Positions 56,369 through 64,000 of a stretch of 64,000 nt of DNA are shown here, one piece after another. Numbering within the stretch: position 1 is the stretch's first letter; each line of letters begins with the position of its first letter. Source of the DNA: an uncultured Pseudomonadales bacterium (GTDB lineage Bacteria; Patescibacteriota; Microgenomatia; UBA1400; UBA12028); the NCBI GenBank assembly GCA_964635905.1, contig CAZWPK010000001.1, forward strand, positions 352,293 to 416,292, given 5' to 3'. A program made the translations under genes and the position numbers. The notes under the pieces were generated by a model, which searched no databases, was not told where the DNA came from, and saw nothing but the letters and a program-made list of their open reading frames with translations.

Positions 56369-57133
56369 ATGCAGCATTCACATCAATCCTGGGATAATGT
56401 ATCGACTTGGTATGACAAGTTAGTCGGAGCCAAAGGGCAATATTTCCATCAACATGTTATTTTCCCAAACGTCTTTTCGCTCCTTCGCTTAAAGACCCCG
56501 GTGTCTATTTTAGACTTAGGTTGTGGACAAGGAGTCTTTTGTCGAGAGTTAGCCCAAAAAGGGCACACCGTGACCGGAGTGGACGCATCAAAGAAACTCA
56601 TTGAACAAGCCAAGCACTATAAGTCAAACGCCAGCATTGACTACATTGTGGATGATGCCCGCACGCTAAAAAACCTTACCAATCGGCAATATGATCGGGT
56701 TGTCTCCATTCTCTCATTACAAAACATTGATCCGATTGAGGGTGTGTTTGAACGCGTGAAAGCGCTGTTGAAACCGGGTGGTCTATTTGTCGTTGTGATC
56801 CTGCATCCCTGTTTTAGATCGCCGCGTATCACGGGATGGGGTGAGGATGAACGACGAAAACTGCAATATCGTCGCGTTGATCGCTATCTATCCCCCATGG
56901 AAATTCCGATTCAAATGCATCCCGGAAAAGAACATGGACCCATTACTTGGACTTATCATCGTTCCTTGACCTTCTATAGCAAAATAGCCAGAGCCAATGG
57001 TTTACTGATTGATGCCATTGAAGAATGGACCAGCGATCGACAATCTGAAGGAAAATTTGCGAAGATGGAAAATTTAGCTCGAAGTGAAATTCCGATGTTT
57101 ATGGCACTTCGCTTCAAAAAGGTAGTCAAATGA
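56369..57133 (+). CDS. Class I SAM-dependent methyltransferase.
   Basis: Motif I ILDLGCGQGVF. Post-I acidic VTGVDAS. Motif LKPGGLFVV. Confidence 0.75.
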   Translation: MQHSHQSWDNVSTWYDKLVGAKGQYFHQHVIFPNVFSLLRLKTPVSILDLGCGQGVFCRELAQKGHTVTGVDASKKLIEQAKHYKSNASIDYIVDDARTLKNLTNRQYDRVVSILSLQNIDPIEGVFERVKALLKPGGLFVVVILHPCFRSPRITGWGEDERRKLQYRRVDRYLSPMEIPIQMHPGKEHGPITWTYHRSLTFYSKIARANGLLIDAIEEWTSDRQSEGKFAKMENLARSEIPMFMALRFKKVVK

Positions 57134-57759
57134 CACGTGTACTACACTGGCTAGCCTTAGTCATTATTCCCATCTGGTGGATCTTTCATCTGTTATGGAA
57201 TCCTGTCGTTGTGGATGTCATGGCTTCCATAAGTTATCGATTACAATCACCAATTGTTTCGTCGACGACACTTCTAGAGGCTCGAAATCGTGCCCTAAAA
57301 ATTGCAACCAACGGCACTAGGGATGAGCGTGATGTTGTGTTCACTCCCAATGAGGTTTCGCATTTAAACGACGTGGCGACCTTGTACATTCCAGTTGCTA
57401 GGGTTCTAAATTTCTTATGTGTCTGTGCCTGGATACTACTGTTGGCGACGTTACTTAAACAACACTCCATCCTCCCAAGTTTGAAACTGGCGGCAGTGAC
57501 ATTTAGTGTTCTTGTGGTCATCTTAATTCTTTGCAGTCTCTTTTTCTCGCTCTTCTTCACCCAATTTCATTCGTCGCTGTTTCCTCAAGGAAATTGGCAG
57601 TTTCCCGAGGATTCTTTGCTCATTCAATCCTTTCCAGAGATCTTTTGGAAACTCATGGTAGCGCTTCTTGCCCTGCTTTGTGCTGGTGTGGCAACACTCT
57701 ATGCGCTACTATCGTTGCTAGGACGGTCGTCCTCAAGCAATGATGAATCTACTTGCTAA
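57130..57759 (+). CDS. Integral membrane protein (DUF1461/TIGR01906-like).
   Basis: Four TM helices plus FHSSLFPQGNWQFPEDSLLIQSFPEIFW, reminiscent of TIGR01906. Overlaps the MTase gene by 4 nt. Confidence 0.35.
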   Translation: MTRVLHWLALVIIPIWWIFHLLWNPVVVDVMASISYRLQSPIVSSTTLLEARNRALKIATNGTRDERDVVFTPNEVSHLNDVATLYIPVARVLNFLCVCAWILLLATLLKQHSILPSLKLAAVTFSVLVVILILCSLFFSLFFTQFHSSLFPQGNWQFPEDSLLIQSFPEIFWKLMVALLALLCAGVATLYALLSLLGRSSSSNDESTC

Positions 57760-58348
57760 ATACGGTCACTATCTGTTTCTACTCATCGTTTCCCTTGGTC
57801 TGATTTATGGCTCGGGTGGTTCGATTAAGTTGGATCAGTTGCCGACAATCTATCCTAAAGTGCTTTCGATGTTCATATCGGTTCCGGAAGGTTTCGTGCC
57901 CGTTCTAGATGTGTTAGACGGCGATACCATTGTGGTTGATTTGGATGGATCTGAAGAAACGGTACGACTATTAGGCGTTGATACTCCAGAAACACGCGAC
58001 CCGCGCCGACCTGTTCAATGTTTTGGCAATCAAGCCTCAGACTACACCAAACAGATGCTGTTAGGCAAAGCGGTCAAATTGGTGATTGATCCTACAGATG
58101 ATAACCGTGATAGTTTTGGGCGACTGCTTCGCTATATCTATCTTGAAGATGGCACCATGATCAACGAACGATTAGTGTATGATGGCTATGCCTTTGCCTA
58201 TGAAAAATACCCAACAGCGCGAACGACTCTGCTCAAACAAATGGAAGCCGATGCAAAAAAGAACAATCGCGGATTATGGGGAGGCTGTGACGTAACGATC
58301 AAAGACAATGGAAAATCAAAGGCTACCCAGTCCGTAATCAAACCCTAA
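57740..58348 (+). CDS. Thermonuclease (staphylococcal nuclease-like, SNase) family protein.
   Basis: VLDGDTIVVDL...VRLLGVDTPET...GKAVKL..D...DSFGRLLRYIYLEDGTMINERLVYDGYA...GLWG. Confidence 0.8.
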   Translation: MMNLLAKYGHYLFLLIVSLGLIYGSGGSIKLDQLPTIYPKVLSMFISVPEGFVPVLDVLDGDTIVVDLDGSEETVRLLGVDTPETRDPRRPVQCFGNQASDYTKQMLLGKAVKLVIDPTDDNRDSFGRLLRYIYLEDGTMINERLVYDGYAFAYEKYPTARTTLLKQMEADAKKNNRGLWGGCDVTIKDNGKSKATQSVIKP

Positions 58349-58354
58349 CACTGT

Positions 58355-59020
58355 ATGGAAACCGGAATTGTATACACCCGAGTAGTCTCCGATCGGGCAC
58401 GACGTATTTCAATCAAAATTAATGCGCAAGGAGAAGTGGTGGTCACAACACCCCGCTGGGTTGCCAACCGCGATTTGAGTCGCTTTGTAGAAGCATCCCG
58501 CGATTGGATTATGGCCCACAAACATAAAGTCGCGACTAAGCCACATTTAATCAGCTTGCAGTCAGTCTATTATTTGGGCAAGGAGTATGCACTCAAACAA
58601 TCCAACAAGATGGACGGTTCGGTCCGTTTTTATCAGGATTCTTTGATCCTCGCGCCGACCATCCTTACCGCAAAAAACGCACTAGCATTACTTGAAAAAT
58701 GGCTGCAATCCAAGGCACGACACCTCATCACGCAGCGAACCCAGTATTGGAGTGAACAGATGCAGCTTCCTTTCAATGGAATGGCATTCAAACAGCAAAA
58801 AACCCGATGGGGCAGTTGTTCTTCAACCAAGCACTTAAATTTTAATTGGAAACTGATTCATGCACCACTGGAAGTCATTGATTACGTGATCATTCATGAA
58901 TTAAGCCATACCAAGCACATGAATCATGGCAAGCAATTTTGGGATTTGGTGGCACGTTTTGACCCAGATCATCCGCACCATCGACGCTGGTTACAGCGAT
59001 TCGGGAGTACCGAAGACTAG
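58355..59020 (+). CDS. YgjP-like (DUF45) M48-family metal-dependent hydrolase.
   Basis: C-terminal HExxH IIHELSHTKHMNHG in the YgjP/WLM context, with KTRWGSCS upstream. Confidence 0.7.
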   Translation: METGIVYTRVVSDRARRISIKINAQGEVVVTTPRWVANRDLSRFVEASRDWIMAHKHKVATKPHLISLQSVYYLGKEYALKQSNKMDGSVRFYQDSLILAPTILTAKNALALLEKWLQSKARHLITQRTQYWSEQMQLPFNGMAFKQQKTRWGSCSSTKHLNFNWKLIHAPLEVIDYVIIHELSHTKHMNHGKQFWDLVARFDPDHPHHRRWLQRFGSTED

Positions 59021-59094
59021 TTGATGCCTGAGTCATAGACGACTTTCTTACAAAAGGCGTACAATACTCGGTAGTACAATTTTCAAACCCTTGT

Positions 59095-59475
59095 ATGGAT
59101 ACTTTGAACAGCCCAGATGATTACCGAAGTGACGACATTTCATCTCAGCCTTCTGGAGAGGCTAGCACACCCATACCGTCTACTAACAAGCGACGAATTG
59201 GACTCATTTCGAGTGTGATACTCGTGCTTTTTTTAGGTGCATCTGTAAGTTATGCAATGTTGAAACGTTCAACCACGAATGGCAATGCAACGGAAGTCAC
59301 ACAGGAAGAGTTGATGGAAGACACTCTACCCGATCATAATTCTCGTCAGGAAGACGATACGCGTGATACGCTGACGGCAGCAACCCGCTCCGCAACAGCG
59401 TCACCTGCAGTTGTTCGGTCGACGTCATCCCCGCCGAGTGGGATACCCCCACCATTTTCTCCCCTAATAATCTGA
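59095..59475 (+). CDS. Hypothetical Ser/Thr-rich membrane protein. The 3' end overlaps the recombinase gene, which may be an element junction.
   Basis: One TM helix (IGLISSVILVLFLGASV). Low-complexity C-terminus. Its last 130 nt are antisense to the recombinase C-terminus. Confidence 0.3.
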   Translation: MDTLNSPDDYRSDDISSQPSGEASTPIPSTNKRRIGLISSVILVLFLGASVSYAMLKRSTTNGNATEVTQEELMEDTLPDHNSRQEDDTRDTLTAATRSATASPAVVRSTSSPPSGIPPPFSPLII

Positions 59476-60935
59476 TACATGGGGCTAATTTCATAGTTCG
59501 GTGTGCCTGTTTTGTCCATACTCAGTCCGGAAGGGAAGACCGAACACAACAAGACCTTGATCTGGTGGCGATTAGATCGTTGGTACGTTTCTCCTAAATC
59601 AGCTAAGCGAGTTTTGACGAAATCAGTAATAGCAGTGATATCGTACTTCTCAAAAGTACCGTCATCTTTAGCGATCTGAGCCATTAGCATTTTTTCTTCG
59701 ATGATGTCGTTTTGTTCCTTAAAGACATCGTCTGAGTACACCCCATTTAAGTTTTTCCCCACCAGGGTTTTTCTAAGATCCTTCAGATTAGCTATTTCTT
59801 GCTCAGCACTCTGTCTAATGACACTAAATTTTTTCAACCGGTCGGTGTAGGTTCTGGTAATCATAGCAATGAATAAGTCTAAACCCTCCTTTTTAGGTGA
59901 GATACCTTTGAGCAGGGACACTACAGTACTTTCAACTTTGTCAGCATTCACCGAAGCGGTCACACACTTATCACTACAACGGTAGTAGCCATACTTTTTG
60001 AGTTTCCCCTTACTCCACGAAGCAGTCAAACCTGCTCCACAATAACTACAGCGAATAATACGGCGCAAAGGGAAATCTATGCTTAGCTTATCGCGCTGAG
60101 CAAATTGGATTTTACTGACATTTCTGCCATCCAGAATTGCTTGTACCTTATAAAACTGTTCTTCACTAATCATGGGAACGTGCTGGCCTTTTACTTCATC
60201 TGGATACTTTCTTGACGTGATAATCCCCATATAAAACTTGTATCTGAAGATTCGTTGAGTGGTTTGTGGCCTAAGCAATTGCTTGTGGTGACCTCTGCCG
60301 TCTCTTAGCCCCCACTCATTCATAACTTTGGCTATGTCAGCCAAACTCTTACTACCAGTTGCCATCAAATCCCAAGCGTCTTTGACTTTGTCATAGGTCT
60401 CGGGATCTTTTACGACTAAACCATTCGATAAAATGTACCCTAGAGGTGGTTTACCGCTGATTAAACCAGACAGGAAACGTGCTCTCAAACCATTTCTAGC
60501 TCGTTCTCCTCGGATATCGTTATCCAGTTGTGCAAACCCTGCCAGCATTGTTTCTACTAACTTTTCAGTTGGAGTATCACCCGTTGGTTCTGTCGCCGAA
60601 ATAACACTCACACCATATTCTTCCAGTTTCTTTCTAATGGCAAGGTAGTCGGAAGTCTGGCGAGAAATGCGGTCTAACCGATAAATAAAGACCGCACCTA
60701 GCTGACCTTTGTTTTTACGGCAGTACTCAATTAAATTCAGCAAAGTTGGTCGCCCAATAATTGTTTTGGCTGACTTTCCTTCCTCCCTAAAAGTATCTAT
60801 AACTTCATACCCTCTTTTTTGAGCTTCTTTCCGACAGATATCTGCCTGTGTTTCTAGTGAGAAGTTTTCAACTTGTTCCTCACTGGATACCCGCAGGTAG
60901 AGCACCGCCTTCTTTAGCTCAGCGTCGTTTGACAT
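59346..60935 (-). CDS. Large serine recombinase (resolvase/invertase N-terminal domain, recombinase domain and zinc ribbon).
   Basis: Catalytic YLRVSSEEQ. Motif ISATEPTGDTPTEKL. Zn-ribbon CSYCGAGL...YYRCSDKC. The ATG at 60935 has a perfect AAGGAG SD (track start 61001 is upstream). Confidence 0.85.
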   Translation of the reverse strand: MSNDAELKKAVLYLRVSSEEQVENFSLETQADICRKEAQKRGYEVIDTFREEGKSAKTIIGRPTLLNLIEYCRKNKGQLGAVFIYRLDRISRQTSDYLAIRKKLEEYGVSVISATEPTGDTPTEKLVETMLAGFAQLDNDIRGERARNGLRARFLSGLISGKPPLGYILSNGLVVKDPETYDKVKDAWDLMATGSKSLADIAKVMNEWGLRDGRGHHKQLLRPQTTQRIFRYKFYMGIITSRKYPDEVKGQHVPMISEEQFYKVQAILDGRNVSKIQFAQRDKLSIDFPLRRIIRCSYCGAGLTASWSKGKLKKYGYYRCSDKCVTASVNADKVESTVVSLLKGISPKKEGLDLFIAMITRTYTDRLKKFSVIRQSAEQEIANLKDLRKTLVGKNLNGVYSDDVFKEQNDIIEEKMLMAQIAKDDGTFEKYDITAITDFVKTRLADLGETYQRSNRHQIKVLLCSVFPSGLSMDKTGTPNYEISPMYQIIRGENGGGIPLGGDDVDRTTAGDAVAERVAAVSVSRVSSS

Positions 60936-61251
60936 AAGCTCCTTTCTCGTGCAGTATTTCTGCAACTGTTTTACCTTTAAAAATACTTTTCTCAAATTCA
61001 TCTAACCAGCAGGTAGTGAGATACTTCACCTCAGTAACAATTTCCTTTAACTCATCAGCTGTAAATTCATCTGCCAGATCACCAAGTATTTTCCTTGCTT
61101 CTTTTACTTCTTTATCCTCTGAATCAAGCTGGGAAAAGTAGGATCGTAGTAACTCGCCAGTGTTTTCTTCAGTTTGCCGAAAAGATTCTTGAGAGGGCAT
61201 GGTTGAAAATTCAGGGAAAGTCGTAGCAGGAGCAGCATAGGTATCAGGCAT
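60919..61251 (-). CDS. Small acidic hypothetical protein upstream of the recombinase, possibly an element accessory protein.
   Basis: 110-aa ORF overlapping the recombinase start by 17 nt. No motif. Confidence 0.3.
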   Translation of the reverse strand: MPDTYAAPATTFPEFSTMPSQESFRQTEENTGELLRSYFSQLDSEDKEVKEARKILGDLADEFTADELKEIVTEVKYLTTCWLDEFEKSIFKGKTVAEILHEKGAYVKRR

Positions 61252-61394
61252 ATCACTTCATTCAAGTTTCATCATACTATACTCATATTGATATAACTAT
61301 AAGTATAGTTTACCAGATGAGATAGGCCTGTCAAGTAAAGCTAAAAGAAGTTATTTGCGTGATATACTAAGCACTAATTTGATGATGTAAAAAT

Positions 61395-64000
61395 ATGGAC
61401 ATACTTGAGTATTTAGTTACTACCATTCCACTTTTTCAAAAACTGAGTTTTTTTCTAGTTGAACTAAGAATTTTGCTCAACGCAGTACTGCCTATTTTTT
61501 TGCTTTTAATTGTGCTGGCAACTATTATTGTGACGATTCTACAAATAGCCATAAGAATGTATCGTTTCGCTGTCTTTAAGAAACAAAAAACAGTTTTACT
61601 CGAGCTGATACCGCCCTCTGTCACTAATCAAGAACCACACACTACAGAACAACTTTTTTCTCTGATTCACGCCCTGGGTGGAAGAGGTACTTTTATTTCA
61701 CGGTTACTTGGCATTAAACCCAGATTTTCACTAGAGATTGTTTCCACCAAGCATCAGGGCATTCGCTATTTAATCCAAACTTCAGTAAAAGAAGCGGCTA
61801 CGCTTAAGCAGAACCTTCTCTCATACCTGCCACAACTGACAATTCGGGAAACGATTGATTATGTTCCCCAAACGGTTGCAAAAAACAATGAACGCTTGAT
61901 TGAACTGTCTTTAGCTCGCCACTTTATCTACCCATTAAAGAAACAAAATGAGCTGGATGAACATGACCCCATTGCCTACATCACCGGTATGATGAGCAAG
62001 TTGCTTCCAGGGGAACTGATTGCCTTGCAGATTGTCCTGTCACCAGTCGTATCAAGAGAAGCTAAGAAAATAGCCCAGCAGGCTTTAAACAATAAAGACA
62101 TACTTTCTGTCATTGAAAACCAAGAACGAAACAAAGTTTTTTTGCTCGTTTCTGTTCTAAAATTTATTTTTACTTGTGTTAGCTTTATTTTCACTTTGCC
62201 AGTTTGGCTGATTGGTAACTTAGCGACTGATGGCAATACGCCGTTTCCGATGGAGCTATTTCCTAACAATCACAAGTTGCGTCAGGAGACTACTTTTGAA
62301 AAAGATGTGGTTAATAGTATCTACGCCAAAGCTAGCCAACCGTTATTTGAAGCTTCAATTCGGTTGGTAGTGATGACTGATGCTCCGCATACGTTGGACA
62401 GTAGACTAAAGGGAATTGTGACTTCTTTTTCCAGTTTCAACTCGCCTCAGGGTCAAACCTTAGTCAGCAAAAAGCCATCTTTTTTTAGCTTTATGAAGAG
62501 TAGGCATGAAGAATTTAGTTATCGCTTACCATCACTCAAACCAGCCGTTCTTTCAGTCTCTGAGGTGTCTGACTTGTATCACTTCCCCCATACGCGGATC
62601 ACAAAGACAGAAGATATTGTTAAAACATATAGCAAACAATTGCCAGCACCACTATCTCTCAAGAGAAATACACTGCTCGATGTGACGTTTGCGCAAAATA
62701 CCTATGGTGGCACTAGTACATCAATTGGCTTAACTGAAGAAGAACGTCGCCGTCACGTCTATATCCTCGGAGCCACTGGAACCGGTAAAACAACCTTACT
62801 ACTCTCCATGCTTAACCAAGACATTCAAAAAAGGAAAGGTGTCTGCTTAATTGATCCTCACGGTGATTTGGCAGAAAGCCTCTTACCGCTAATACCTAAA
62901 GATAGAGTCAAAGATGTGATTTATTTTAATCCTGATGATAGTGAAAATCCCATTGCCTTAAATCTGCTTGAGCTGCCTAACTCGCCTGGTGCTACAGAAG
63001 CGGAGAAATTGCGAGATCAAGAATTTATCACAGAAAGTATTATTTCACTCTTTAATAAACTTTATCCAGATCATACTGCCCGACCACGGATGGAATACAT
63101 ATTGCGGAATACGATCTACACCGCTTTTCTCACACCAAACCCAACTATTTTTACGATTCTGAAATTACTGGTGGATGCACCATTCCGACGAACAGTGGTG
63201 AAGAAACTCGCCACACTGCCTGATAAAAATTTATACAACTTCTGGAAGTATGAATTTAACAAAGCGGGTGATTACCAAAAAGTGTCTATGATTATGCCGA
63301 TCACTAACAAAATTGGCCGTTTCCAGTTTTCACCTACAGCCCGAGGCATATTAGAACAAGAAAAATCAAAGATTGATTTTGAAAATATTATGGACTCAGG
63401 GAAGATCCTAATTTGTAATGTCTCCAAGGGCAGATTGGGAGAAGATATTTCAGAGATGTTTGGGATTTTACTGCTGACTAAGATTCAACTTGCGGCTCTG
63501 AGAAGAGCGAAAAAGAAAATAGCTGATCGTAAAGATTTCTATCTGTATGTTGATGAGTTTCAAAACTTTGCCACTCCTGCCTTTGCCCAAATTTTATCTG
63601 AGGCTCGAAAGTATCGTTTGAATGCGATTTTGGCTCACCAAACCGTTTCTCAAATTGAAGATCGCTCATTGGTGAATGTCACCTTAGCCAATGCTGGCAC
63701 GGTCATTTGTTTTAGAACAGCCAACCCTTTGGACGAAGAATTAATGTTACCTCAATTTGTACCCCATATTGATCAAGGTGAAATCAGTAACTTACCTTCA
63801 TATCATTTCTTTATGAAGGTTTCTGCCATTGAACCACAAATGCCTTTCTCCGGTGAAACTTTACCAGTAAAAATACCAGATGATCGAGAAAAAGTTGCGA
63901 ACATTATTGAGAGTTCAAGAGAACAATATTCCACACACATTAATCCAGTGTTATCAGCTCAGGAGCAAGAAAAAGATAAATCTCCAAAACCGAGAACTGA
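61395..64000 (+). CDS. TraD/VirD4/TraG-like (FtsK/HerA-clade) P-loop ATPase with N-terminal TM helices, a putative type IV coupling protein. Partial: it continues past the window end.
   Basis: Open frame from the ATG at 61395 to the window end (>868 aa), absent from the ORF track. Two N-terminal TM helices. Walker A YILGATGTGKTTLL. Walker B FYLYVDEFQNFAT. Low GC. Confidence 0.55.
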   Translation, partial: MDILEYLVTTIPLFQKLSFFLVELRILLNAVLPIFLLLIVLATIIVTILQIAIRMYRFAVFKKQKTVLLELIPPSVTNQEPHTTEQLFSLIHALGGRGTFISRLLGIKPRFSLEIVSTKHQGIRYLIQTSVKEAATLKQNLLSYLPQLTIRETIDYVPQTVAKNNERLIELSLARHFIYPLKKQNELDEHDPIAYITGMMSKLLPGELIALQIVLSPVVSREAKKIAQQALNNKDILSVIENQERNKVFLLVSVLKFIFTCVSFIFTLPVWLIGNLATDGNTPFPMELFPNNHKLRQETTFEKDVVNSIYAKASQPLFEASIRLVVMTDAPHTLDSRLKGIVTSFSSFNSPQGQTLVSKKPSFFSFMKSRHEEFSYRLPSLKPAVLSVSEVSDLYHFPHTRITKTEDIVKTYSKQLPAPLSLKRNTLLDVTFAQNTYGGTSTSIGLTEEERRRHVYILGATGTGKTTLLLSMLNQDIQKRKGVCLIDPHGDLAESLLPLIPKDRVKDVIYFNPDDSENPIALNLLELPNSPGATEAEKLRDQEFITESIISLFNKLYPDHTARPRMEYILRNTIYTAFLTPNPTIFTILKLLVDAPFRRTVVKKLATLPDKNLYNFWKYEFNKAGDYQKVSMIMPITNKIGRFQFSPTARGILEQEKSKIDFENIMDSGKILICNVSKGRLGEDISEMFGILLLTKIQLAALRRAKKKIADRKDFYLYVDEFQNFATPAFAQILSEARKYRLNAILAHQTVSQIEDRSLVNVTLANAGTVICFRTANPLDEELMLPQFVPHIDQGEISNLPSYHFFMKVSAIEPQMPFSGETLPVKIPDDREKVANIIESSREQYSTHINPVLSAQEQEKDKSPKPRT

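Larger units (their letters stand above)
59346..64000. mobile_element. Left portion of a putative integrative (conjugative or mobilizable) element defined by the serine recombinase and the T4CP-like ATPase. The right end lies outside the window.
   Basis: Recombinase at the boundary, an adjacent AT-rich intergenic region, a coupling-protein-like ATPase, and visibly lower GC than the upstream housekeeping genes. Confidence 0.5.

Noticed and set aside
1-64000. CRISPR arrays or rRNA genes
   Set aside because: No regularly spaced direct repeats of 25-40 bp were seen in any intergenic region and no rRNA-like conserved stretches. The only structured repeats are the IS200 end hairpins.

Overview
The window appears to come from a moderately low-GC (~45-48%) bacterium with a Gram-positive or Patescibacteria-like cell envelope. 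Evidence is the LCP and LytR_C proteins, many secreted beta-rich surface proteins, and a compact HisRS. Because the ORF track reports only complete ORFs, it misses two long genes that run off the window edges. One is a LamG-domain giant surface protein of at least 1,190 aa (1..3579, minus strand). The other is a TraD/VirD4-like P-loop ATPase (61395..64000, plus strand). The track also treats TTG/GTG as Met, so several real starts lie downstream of the listed ones.

Main content, left to right:
(1) Surface-protein region: the LamG giant, a standalone CHASE sensor, a carboxypeptidase-regulatory-domain membrane protein and a LytR_C protein.
(2) A six-gene minus-strand cluster that resembles Csc/WxL surface-complex loci: three tandem paralogous CscA-like (DUF916/DUF3324-like) membrane-anchored proteins flanked by two paralogous secreted beta-rich proteins.
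(3) A putative beta-glucan exopolysaccharide locus: GH81 endo-beta-1,3-glucanase, HlyD-like adaptor, processive GT2 with QxxRW, and a large polytopic membrane protein.
(4) tRNA-Gln(UUG), an RBBP9-like serine hydrolase, a Crp/Fnr regulator divergent from ldh with an intergenic palindrome, a TolB-like propeller protein, a GH10 xylanase, and an NADPH-FMN reductase/HxlR pair.
(5) A low-GC island (~31.3-37.0 kb) carrying a 1,346-aa HExxH protein and a kinase-like gene separated or disrupted by an IS200-family insertion.
(6) Housekeeping genes: PolX, a Cas4-like nuclease, LCP, PAP2, zwf, MFS, hisS, a ZIP transporter, NUDIX, an MTase, thermonuclease and YgjP.
(7) A second IS200-like element next to three paralogous small HhH-like genes that bracket a GH-A glycosidase.
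(8) The left end of a lower-GC integrative element: a large serine recombinase plus a TraD/VirD4-like ATPase.

No CRISPR array and no rRNA were seen. All domain calls rest on motifs read by eye and need HMM or BLAST confirmation.
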